DNA from: Bacillota bacterium
Lineage (GTDB): Bacteria; Bacillota; DTU025
Direction of reading: 5' to 3'
DNA: 64,000 bases
NCBI GenBank assembly: GCA_050951805.1
Contig: JBMNJT010000007.1
Location: 12,521-76,520, forward strand
This document shows, piece after piece, positions 11,568 to 20,146 of the stretch (its first letter is position 1; each line of letters opens with the position of its first letter). The notes under the pieces were generated by a model that was not told where the DNA came from, did not search any database, and was given only the letters and a program-made list of their open reading frames with translations. The translations under genes were made by a program, and so were the position numbers.

Positions 11568-11622
11568 AGTAGCCGGCATCATTCTGCTGTTCTCAACATT
11601 TACGGATTAGGCGGACGTTAAG

Positions 11623-13206
11623 CTAGAAATCGCGGCCCTCTCCCATAACGAGAGCCCTGTAGGCAACCTCTGTCTTTTCCTGATAGCTTCCACTGCGATC
11701 CAAGGCATATGCACGCCCCATCGCCGTTACCACTTCTACATTCATCCCTGACGGGATCTTTGCCTCAAGAATCTCTAGTAGATCAGCAGCACCCTGTGGC
11801 GGACTGCTTCGACCATCAAGGATCAGATGAAGCCAAGCCCGTCCAATTCCTTTTTCCGCTGCTGCTCTGAGCACTGCAATCCCCTCGTCCATATTCCCGT
11901 GAGAGCTCCGTTCCGACAGCATAGCTATTACATGAATATCGCCGCCATGGCTCCGCGCCGCTTCAAAGCCGTAATTGACTGCCTCATTCTCTTTGAGCCC
12001 TCCAGCGCCAACAGCCTGCGAAATCCGGAGTTCGTCTTGGGGAACAACCCGCCCGGCGCCGAGAGTTAGATGCCCGGTCTCCGAATTGCCTGACCTTCCC
12101 TTTGGCAAACCAACGGCCATCCCAGCCGCAGCCAGAGTCATATATGGACATTCCTTCCTCATTCTGCTCATACACGGCGTGTTGGCAACTGCAATCGGGT
12201 TGATGGTTGAATCATCTATGCCAACTCCCCATCCATCCAAAATAACCAATACCAGTCGATCATAAGTTCCCTCATGGACGGCGCGGCACTTGCCGGTCAT
12301 CTCCTCGGGCACAGGTACGCCCATCATGCTCAACAGCGTGGGCGCAACATCTGCAAGGGTGGCATCCTCCGCCGCCCTCAGTTGCACAGACGGCCCTCCG
12401 GTCGCCAACACCAAGCCGAACGGCACACGACTACATGTATGGCTAAGGTTGTGGCTCCCATCTTCATTCACAAACCTCTCGAGCAGCCCATGATCTGCAG
12501 TTACAGCAACTGCATAACCATGTTGAGCCGCAGCTAGGCATATGGTGCTGAGCGCTTGATCTACCGCTTCAGCACAGAGCACATTAGCATTCCAATCATC
12601 CAGATGCCCAATGATGTCCCCCGCCGCTAGGTTCACAAGGATGAAGTGCCTGCTATAACCACTGGCGTTCGCAGCAGCCATCGAGCGCTCAGCTTCGAGG
12701 GCAACTTCCACCGTGCTCGTAGCCGGTTTCGAGACAAATTCTGATGAGTGGGGACTTGGCACAGTAATCCACTCTTCATTGGCATACGGTGCAACGCGCC
12801 TGCCATTGAAAAAGAACGTAACATGCGCCGCCTTCTCCGACTCGGCAATCCGCGTCTGCGCCACGCCGGCCTGACTCAGCGCCTCACCCATGGTTCCTTC
12901 AGGACGAAGAGTCGGAAAGATTGTGGGCAACTCAGCAAATTTCTCATGATATTGCACCAACGGAACAACGCTCAGATCAGGCATGGGTTCCGTTTCGAAT
13001 TGATCAAATAGCGGGTCAGCTAAGGCCTCTGTGAGCTGTCGTTCACGGTCCCCACGCCTGCAACAAAAGAATAGAGAATCGCCATTCTTTATCTTGCCCA
13101 CAGGCTTGCCATCGACGACGCGAGTCAGTGGAGTCATCCAGTAATCCATTTCTCCCCGGCTGTAGCACTCTCTCAAAGCCTGCTGCAAAGAAGCTGTTGT
13201 CTGCAC
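11623..13206 (-). CDS. Circularly permuted 2,3-BPG-independent phosphoglycerate mutase (GpmI) homolog
   Basis: All iPGM motifs are present but the halves are swapped. C-half motifs (RGDRERQ, ESEKAAHVTFFFNG, DIIGH, TADHG, LADVAPT...EMTG) come before N-half motifs (ILDGWG, GNSETGH..GAGR, DGR, GRAYALDR). Confidence 0.9.
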   Translation of the reverse strand: MQTTASLQQALRECYSRGEMDYWMTPLTRVVDGKPVGKIKNGDSLFFCCRRGDRERQLTEALADPLFDQFETEPMPDLSVVPLVQYHEKFAELPTIFPTLRPEGTMGEALSQAGVAQTRIAESEKAAHVTFFFNGRRVAPYANEEWITVPSPHSSEFVSKPATSTVEVALEAERSMAAANASGYSRHFILVNLAAGDIIGHLDDWNANVLCAEAVDQALSTICLAAAQHGYAVAVTADHGLLERFVNEDGSHNLSHTCSRVPFGLVLATGGPSVQLRAAEDATLADVAPTLLSMMGVPVPEEMTGKCRAVHEGTYDRLVLVILDGWGVGIDDSTINPIAVANTPCMSRMRKECPYMTLAAAGMAVGLPKGRSGNSETGHLTLGAGRVVPQDELRISQAVGAGGLKENEAVNYGFEAARSHGGDIHVIAMLSERSSHGNMDEGIAVLRAAAEKGIGRAWLHLILDGRSSPPQGAADLLEILEAKIPSGMNVEVVTAMGRAYALDRSGSYQEKTEVAYRALVMGEGRDF

Positions 13207-13251
13207 TCCATGTCACTCCTGCACTTCGTTGTCTGCTCTAAGCAGCGAATG

Positions 13252-14316
13252 TTATTTGGGGAAAACCAAGCCGTTCTGGATAAACGCACGGGTGCGGTCG
13301 CCAGGCTCAAACCTCATTGAGGAATTCGTCTGGACCCTGAGAAGATCCTCGCCAATTCGAACCCGGTATTCGATGACATTTCCGAGGAATATCCTTACGT
13401 CCACTTCGCATTCGACCCCTTGTTCGGTCCCCAGGATGATATCCTCCGGCCTGATAGCGAGGATATAGTCTCCTTTGTTCACCGATGATCCGTCAAGATC
13501 AAACTCCGCCCCGCCACGAAGGCGAATGTCGATGCCTTTTTCAGTCTTGCCAGTCACACTGCAGGGAACGAAGTTCATAGTCCCTATGAAGTCGGCAACG
13601 AACTTGTCCTTCGGCGTTTCATATATGTCATGAGGCGCACCCTCCTGCACTACTTTGCCGGAGTTCATTACGGCAACCCGGTCTGACATGGCCATTGCCT
13701 CAACCTGGTCATGAGTAACATACAAAATGGATATTCCCGTCTTGCGCTGAATGTCTTTGAGCTCAAAGCGCATCTGCTCTCGCAGTTTCGCATCGAGATT
13801 GGAAAGAGGCTCATCAAGCAGCATAACCCTTGGGTCGGTAGAAAGCGCTCTCCCCAATGCAACGCGTTGCTGCTGTCCACCGGAGAGTTCCGATGGGAAC
13901 CTTCTTTCCAAGCCCTCGAGTTCAAGTAGGTCTAGCAAGTAAGCCATTTTAGCATTGATCTCTTCTTTTGGCCTTTTCGCCAGCCGAAGGGGGTAGGACA
14001 TGTTCTGTTCTACTGTCATATGCGGCCATACTGCGTAGTTTTGAAAGACCATTCCTATGCCCCGGCGCTCAGGCGGCACCATCACGTTTTTCTCCGGCGA
14101 AGTTACCAACTGACCGCTTATGTGTATCTCGCCCTCAGTGGGCTGCTCCAACCCTGAAATGCACCGGAGTGTTGTCGTCTTCCCGCATCCAGAGGGCCCC
14201 AGAAGCGAGAAGAACTCGTTCTCATGAACTGTAAAGCTCACATCGTGAACTGCTGTAAACGTCCCAAACCGCTTGACTAGGTTTGAAACCTTGATTCGTT
14301 CTTCCACCCTTGCCAC
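13252..14316 (-). CDS. ABC transporter ATP-binding subunit (PotA/FbpC-like, TOBE)
   Basis: GPSGCGKT, LSGGQQQRVA, LLDEPLSNLDAKLR, YVTHDQ. Confidence 0.95.
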   Translation of the reverse strand: MARVEERIKVSNLVKRFGTFTAVHDVSFTVHENEFFSLLGPSGCGKTTTLRCISGLEQPTEGEIHISGQLVTSPEKNVMVPPERRGIGMVFQNYAVWPHMTVEQNMSYPLRLAKRPKEEINAKMAYLLDLLELEGLERRFPSELSGGQQQRVALGRALSTDPRVMLLDEPLSNLDAKLREQMRFELKDIQRKTGISILYVTHDQVEAMAMSDRVAVMNSGKVVQEGAPHDIYETPKDKFVADFIGTMNFVPCSVTGKTEKGIDIRLRGGAEFDLDGSSVNKGDYILAIRPEDIILGTEQGVECEVDVRIFLGNVIEYRVRIGEDLLRVQTNSSMRFEPGDRTRAFIQNGLVFPK

Positions 14317-14329
14317 CTCCGCATACCGT

Positions 14330-16018
14330 TCACATACTGATTTCGCCTTTTGAAAGCTTCCGCACGATTGCGTTGCCAGCCAAGATCACAAGCAAAACAA
14401 TCGTAGACAACGCCGCAGCTATCTGGGTGTACCCGGCATCTTGCATGTTGTATATAACCACTCCTATAGTCTCAGCGCCCTGTGACCACAGAAGAACGGA
14501 CATGGTCAACTCCCTCAGAGCTGGCATGAAAACCAGGATCCACCCGGCTATGAGGCCAGGTTTGATCAACGGCATCACAATGTCTTTCATTGTCTGAGTC
14601 CATCCTGCCCCGGAAACCCGCGCAGCTTCCTCAAGCGAAACATGCACCTGCTGAAGAGTCGCGTTGGTAGTGCGAATCGAAAATGGCATGTACCGCACTA
14701 GGTAAGCCGCAAGTATGACCCATATCGTGCCGTAAAGCATCACAGGGGGTCGCGACCAGGCCAAGATCATGGCAATTGCCACCATAGTACATGGCACCGC
14801 GTAAGGTATGGTTCCTACGAAGTCGAGAGTCTTGGCTCCCTTGATCTTGGCCCGCACAGACATGTAAGATACCAAAGCTCCAACGGCCATGGTGATTGTG
14901 GCAGCAGAAACCGCCAGGAACAAGCTGTTCCTAAATGCCCTGGATGCCATGGGCAGATCCAAAATGTATTTGTAATGACTCGTAGTCATATTCGCAAGGT
15001 TCAGCGGTGCGCCCCAGTATTTGAGGAATGAAGTCAAAAGCATCGATATCAGCGGAACTACCCCTGCAAAAAGCGATACGAGGACAACGATGATAAGGAC
15101 AGGGATCCGCCAACCGCCTAGACTCATTGTTTGAGGCCTGACGCTCTTGCCCGCAATCACTGTATACCTGCTTTGCCCACGCTCCAGTCTCCTCTCGAGA
15201 ATAAGGGGAATCCCAGATGTAATCGCCAGGATAACCGCCATCGCAGTCGCCAATGGCATATCCGGTATGGACAGAGCGGAGTATATCTTCGTAGTCAACA
15301 CGAAGAACCGGGCCCTGAACCCAAGAAGAGCCGGAATTCCGAAGTTGGATATGCAGCCGACAAACGCAAGCAATGCGCTAGCTGTGATCGCAGGCGTGAT
15401 CAGTGGCATAGTTACATCTATGAGAGTCCTAAACGGACCTGCGCCAGACATCCTCGCGGCTTCTTCTAAGCTCGTATCGATCTTGCCAAGCGCCCCACTC
15501 ACAGTTATGAAAACGACGGGAAACTGATATACAGCGAGCACTAATACTACCCCGGCAGCACTGTATATGTTCCACGGAGCAGATGTCGCGCCCGTAAGCG
15601 TCATATATAGCTTAGATACGTAACCTACTGGTCCAAAAAGCTGAGCCCACGCCATCGCACCAATGAACGGCGGTATGCCATACGGCAGCAGGAGCAGCAT
15701 CCTCAACCACGACTTGCCCGGGATATCTGTTCGGACAACGAGCATAGCCAGGATAGTGCCTACAGCCACACATATCAGAGTAGACAGAGACGAAACCCAG
15801 ATGGAATTCCAAAAGGCTTTAAGATTGGCTGACTCAGAGAAGATTTTCACATAGTTTTCGAAAGTAAAACCCGCCTCAGAACTGAAACTCTTAACTACAA
15901 CAAGGGACAGAGGGTACACGATGACGACCAGGAAGAACAGCCCAATGATGGCCATGAACACATAGCGTACATCCATAGATCGTCGTCCAACTGCTGTGTC
16001 CGTATTCAATCGAATCAT
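14330..16018 (-). CDS. ABC transporter permease (FbpB/AfuB-like, two fused domains)
   Basis: Two EAA motifs (SLEEAARMSGA, SLEEAARVSGA); RBS AGGAGGGGG upstream of the start, which is approximate. Confidence 0.92.
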   Translation of the reverse strand: MIRLNTDTAVGRRSMDVRYVFMAIIGLFFLVVIVYPLSLVVVKSFSSEAGFTFENYVKIFSESANLKAFWNSIWVSSLSTLICVAVGTILAMLVVRTDIPGKSWLRMLLLLPYGIPPFIGAMAWAQLFGPVGYVSKLYMTLTGATSAPWNIYSAAGVVLVLAVYQFPVVFITVSGALGKIDTSLEEAARMSGAGPFRTLIDVTMPLITPAITASALLAFVGCISNFGIPALLGFRARFFVLTTKIYSALSIPDMPLATAMAVILAITSGIPLILERRLERGQSRYTVIAGKSVRPQTMSLGGWRIPVLIIVVLVSLFAGVVPLISMLLTSFLKYWGAPLNLANMTTSHYKYILDLPMASRAFRNSLFLAVSAATITMAVGALVSYMSVRAKIKGAKTLDFVGTIPYAVPCTMVAIAMILAWSRPPVMLYGTIWVILAAYLVRYMPFSIRTTNATLQQVHVSLEEAARVSGAGWTQTMKDIVMPLIKPGLIAGWILVFMPALRELTMSVLLWSQGAETIGVVIYNMQDAGYTQIAAALSTIVLLVILAGNAIVRKLSKGEISM

Positions 16019-16035
16019 CCCCCTCCTACAATGGG

Positions 16036-16070
16036 CTGGGGTACACTGCATACAGTAATGTACTCCCCAG
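16036..16070 (-). other. Stem-loop immediately 3' of the tandem introns
   Basis: CTGGGG(A)GTACA...TGTACCCCAG inverted repeat. Confidence 0.6.
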
Positions 16071-16935
16071 ATCGAGTAGGGTGGCGCCAGGTAATCAGCC
16101 TGGCGTCATCCCTCTCACAGAACCGTGCGTACGGGCCCCGTACACGGCTCCTGGCAAACCTTAGTCACTTCGCTTCATAGAAGAGATGCAAGACGCCGAC
16201 CTCATACTTCGTGAGGTCAATTCATCTCGCCGTGCTTCCTTGGCCATCAAGCTTGCATGGTTGCAGTTTCTTCCCAAGGCCTGCGAGGCGTCTCTAGCTC
16301 TAAGGCAATCTACCCCGCGAAACTTTGATACTCTGCTGAGCGGGCGCAGGGACCAGCAGACTCGTCGCCCCCGGCTCCCCCGTTCCCATCGGCATTTCAG
16401 CCTCTGTTATCTCTCTCCCATGCTTGCCTGTAACTAGGTTGCACGCTTTGGTTTGCCTTCGTCCCTTCGCAACTGCATAGGCTTTTGGCCTATGCAGCCC
16501 AGCAGCTCCCGGCCGCTGTCCCCTCAGTTTTATCCTCCGGTCTGTTGCCAGCTTTCATGGGCTGAGGGTTCATAACTACTACGGACTCATCTGCCACCCC
16601 ACACCACATATTCCCATCCTTGCGTCTCCGCTTGTTTGGGCTTACCAGCTATCTGGATGATGCAGGGCTTCCCCGGTTAAGTTTGTCTGCCTGAACACGA
16701 ACCCGTCCGTCAAAACCCCCCAGGTTATCCAGCTTTCGGGCTTTCCCATACTTCGCAAGGTTACCCACCTGACAGGCCAACTTCGGTTCGCTTTCGCTAC
16801 GTTCCGTGTTCCCCCTTAAAGCTTCCTTCAGACCCCGCCGTTACCAGCGACGCCCTTGCCTTGGGGTTGTCTTCCCGCTGGTTAGGTGACAGGACTTCTT
16901 TCAGTCCATCGGCTCAACAAACATGCCGGGCGAAC
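16071..16935 (-). mobile_element. ORF-less group II intron copy C (865 nt, internal 1227-nt deletion)
   Basis: Same 5' and 3' ends as the full copies. The junction GAGGTCAAT/TCATCTCGCC near 16221 removes the RBS, start codon and most of the RT ORF. Confidence 0.93.
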
Positions 16936-19027
16936 ATCGAGTAGGGTGGCGCCAGGTAATCAGCCTGGCGTCATCCCTCTCACAGAACCGTGCGTACGGG
17001 CCCCGTACACGGCTCCTGGCAAACCTTAGTCACTTCGCTTCATAGAAGAGATGCAAGACGCCGACCTCATACTTCGTGAGGTCAATCAGTCCTATCTCAC
17101 TGAACCAAGCCTGAGGAAGCGCCATGTTGACCAGAGGACTTGCCGAGTTCCTCCATCGTCTCATGGATATCTTCAGGAATTCGCCTGAGTAGCCTCGCCT
17201 TCGAAGTGCTTTATGCAGGCCCCTCCAGCTCTTCCACTCCCTCATCTGCTTCATCCTCAGACGCCGCCTTATCCACCCCATCAGGCTGGCTACTATCGTC
17301 TTGCAGTTCGCAATTCGAAAGTAGTTGATCCATCCACGAAGGAATCGGTTCAGTCGCTTCACCATCTGCTCAACACTCATCCCATGATTGCGGGGAGTCA
17401 GCTTGCGGACGGCGTCCTTGAACTTCGCCAGCTTCTTGGGGTGTATGCTTACTACCTTAGGGTATATGACAAACCCAAGGTAGGGCACTCCCTTATAGAC
17501 GCTGGTTATGTGCGTTTTATCCCTGTTCACAACGAGCTTTAACTCGCCCTCAAGGATCTCGCACGCTATCTCCAAGAACTTTTCCGCCTGTCGCCTTGTC
17601 CGCGCAAAGATGAGTATATCGTCAGCGTACCTCACTATCCTGATGTCCTTTGACTTCATCTTTTGATCAAAGTAGTCAAGATAGATGTTGGCAAGAAGAG
17701 GCGATATTACTCCGCCTTGCGGACTGCCTATGGTTGTTTCCTCCCAGGCCCCGTCTTTCATGACTCCTGCTTCAAGGAACTTCCGGATCAGCTTAAGTAT
17801 GCTTCCGTCGCTGACCTTTCGGTTCACAGACTCAATGATCAGGTCATGATCGAGTCGGTCAAAGCATTTTGACAAGTCCATGTCCACTACGTGCTTGAGA
17901 CCGTAGCGATTAATGAACCTCTCTGCCTTTGCCACTGCTTGATGACAGGATCGCCCGGGTCGGTACCCATAGCTCGATGGATGGAATTCGGGGTCGAAGA
18001 TTGGCTGAACCACATTGAGCAGCGCTTGCTGCACTACTCTGTCGCCAACGGTGGGTATGCCAAGAGGCCTTTTGCTTCCGTCTGGCTTCGGTATCTCTAC
18101 CCGCCGCACCGGACTTGGTTCGTAAGATCCTGATCTGAGCTCCTGATAAATCTCTGCCAGCCTGGCTTCCAGGTTCTCGCCGAAGGCGTCCACGGTCTCA
18201 CCGTCTATCCCGGGAGCCCCGTTGTTGGCCCTTACGGCCCTGTATGCAGCTCTAAGGTTATCCATCCGGTAAACCTTATCGATCAAGCTGTAGTGTTTCA
18301 TCAATTAGCTCCTTCATCTCGCCGTGCTTCCTTGGCCATCAAGCTTGCATGGTTGCAGTTTCTTCCCAAGGCTTGCGAGGCGTCTCTAGCTCTAAGGCAA
18401 TCTACCCCGCGAAACTTTGATACTCTGCTGAGCGGGCGCAGGGACCAGCAGACTCGTCGCCCCCGGCTCCCCCGTTCCCATCGGCATTTCAGCCTCTGTT
18501 ATCTCTCTCCCATGCTTGCCTGTAACTAGGTTGCACGCTTTGGTTTGCCTTCGTCCCTTCGCAACTGCATAGGCTTTTGGCCAATGCAGCCCAGCAGCTC
18601 CCGGCCGCTGTCCCCTCAGTTTTATCCTCCGGTCTGTTGCCAGCTTTCATGGGCTGAGGGTTCATAACTACTACGGACTCATCTGCCACCCCACACCACA
18701 TATTCCCATCCTTGCGTCTCCGCTTGTTTGGGCTTACCAGCTATCTGGATGATGCAGGGCTTCCCCGGTTAAGTTTGTCTGCCTGAACACGAACCCGTCC
18801 GTCAAAACCCCCCAGGTTATCCAGCTTTCGGGCTTTCCCATACTTCGCAAGGTTACCCACCTGACAGGCCAACTTCGGTTCGCTTTCGCTACGTTCCGTG
18901 TTCCCCCTTAAAGCTTCCTTCAGACCCCGCCGTTACCAGCGACGCCCTTGCCTTGGGGTTGTCTTCCCGCTGGTTAGGTGACAGGACTTCTTTCAGTCCA
19001 TCGGCTCAACAAACATGCCGGGCGAAC
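16936..19027 (-). mobile_element. Group II intron full-length copy B (2092 nt)
   Basis: Reverse complement of 9476-11567 with a few SNPs; its 3' end abuts copy C with no spacer. Confidence 0.95.
17030..18301 (-). CDS. ltrA: Group II intron reverse transcriptase/maturase
   Basis: Protein identical to that of 10202-11473 in the ORF track. Confidence 0.95.
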   Translation of the reverse strand: MKHYSLIDKVYRMDNLRAAYRAVRANNGAPGIDGETVDAFGENLEARLAEIYQELRSGSYEPSPVRRVEIPKPDGSKRPLGIPTVGDRVVQQALLNVVQPIFDPEFHPSSYGYRPGRSCHQAVAKAERFINRYGLKHVVDMDLSKCFDRLDHDLIIESVNRKVSDGSILKLIRKFLEAGVMKDGAWEETTIGSPQGGVISPLLANIYLDYFDQKMKSKDIRIVRYADDILIFARTRRQAEKFLEIACEILEGELKLVVNRDKTHITSVYKGVPYLGFVIYPKVVSIHPKKLAKFKDAVRKLTPRNHGMSVEQMVKRLNRFLRGWINYFRIANCKTIVASLMGWIRRRLRMKQMREWKSWRGLHKALRRRGYSGEFLKISMRRWRNSASPLVNMALPQAWFSEIGLIDLTKYEVGVLHLFYEAK

Positions 19028-19058
19028 AAAGAGGCGGTGCGGCCTCAGTCGCACCGCC
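19028..19058 (-). terminator. Intercistronic stem-loop after the SBP gene; intron target
   Basis: On the minus strand, GGCGGTGCG-ACTGAGGC-CGCACCGCC-TCTTT is directly followed by intron GTTCG. Confidence 0.8.
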
Positions 19059-19088
19059 GCGGTCAGGGTGTTTATTCACGACACGCAC

Positions 19089-20069
19089 CTATTTGAACAT
19101 TATTTTCTCGAAGGTCTCCCTTATAGCAGACGCGTTATCAGCCGCCCATTGGAATGGAACGGGCATCATCTTTATTTTATCTGCCGTAGGCATTCCCTTC
19201 GGAGGAGCTACATCTGGCCTCACTGGTATCACACCATCATTGACCAATAGCTCCTGCCCCTTCTTCGAGAGAGTGAAGTCTACAAATGCCTTGGAGGCCT
19301 CAAGATTCTTTGACCCAGCAACTATCGCTACCGGACTCGGAATTGAGACCGCACCGTCGGCAGGCCAGACAAAATCAACCGGCGCTCCCGACTTCTGAAG
19401 GTCATAAATCATGTAGTCCAGCACCATGCAGGCTGCAAATTCGCCAGCAGCCAAACCTCTCGAAACATCTGAATTGCCCCTGAGAACCTGTATTCCAGAT
19501 TTTCGCGCTTTCTCGTACCAGCTCCAACCTTTGTCTCTTTGAACAAAAGCCGCTGCAACAGTGAAGTTGGAACCAGAATAGAGGGGGTCCGCCATTGCGG
19601 CGCGAGAACCAAACCCGAGCAAGTCATCCCAAGTCTTTGGCTCGGATCCTTTCTTGACTAAATTGGTGTTTATTCCAATTACCATGTTAATCATGCGAGC
19701 GCCTGTAAAGTATCCGTCAGGGTCCTTGATTGCTGAAGGAATGCGGGCGGCTTCCGGCGATTTGTACGGATATAGCAAGCCCTTGTCCTTGAATGCGTAG
19801 TAGCTTGCAGCATCAGCCAGCCATATTACGTCGGCCCTTATACCGCCAGCATCAGCCTCAGCCCATATCTTGTTGACCACATCAGTGCTTCCAGCTCGAA
19901 AAACTTCCACCTTGATCCCTTTATTCGCCTTCATGAATTGGTCTGCGAAGTTCGTAGCGAGTTCCAGTGGAACAGACGTGTAAAGCAGGACCTTCGACTC
20001 AGCAAATACACCAGTAGAGATCGACAGCAACAATACCAAAGCCAGGACTATTACACTGCCCCTTTTCAT
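19089..20069 (-). CDS. ABC transporter substrate-binding protein (AfuA/FbpA/PotD-like)
   Basis: Signal peptide MKRGSVIVLALVLLLSISTGVFA with no lipobox Cys; motifs LYTS, ADVIW, KDPDGYF, ADPLYSGS, FVDFTLSKKGQ. Confidence 0.9.
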   Translation of the reverse strand: MKRGSVIVLALVLLLSISTGVFAESKVLLYTSVPLELATNFADQFMKANKGIKVEVFRAGSTDVVNKIWAEADAGGIRADVIWLADAASYYAFKDKGLLYPYKSPEAARIPSAIKDPDGYFTGARMINMVIGINTNLVKKGSEPKTWDDLLGFGSRAAMADPLYSGSNFTVAAAFVQRDKGWSWYEKARKSGIQVLRGNSDVSRGLAAGEFAACMVLDYMIYDLQKSGAPVDFVWPADGAVSIPSPVAIVAGSKNLEASKAFVDFTLSKKGQELLVNDGVIPVRPDVAPPKGMPTADKIKMMPVPFQWAADNASAIRETFEKIMFK

Positions 20070-20146
20070 GTTCAACCCGCCTCTCTTTTGATTGGTGGTA
20101 TACTTGGTTAACCCCCACTCGCGCAGGGGCACGACCAGCGAATCAA

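Noticed and set aside
10202-18301. RTs as DGR, retron or CRISPR-associated RT
   Set aside because: Both sit inside complete group II intron RNAs with DV/DVI and have a maturase X domain. No TR/VR pair, msr-msd or cas genes are seen.
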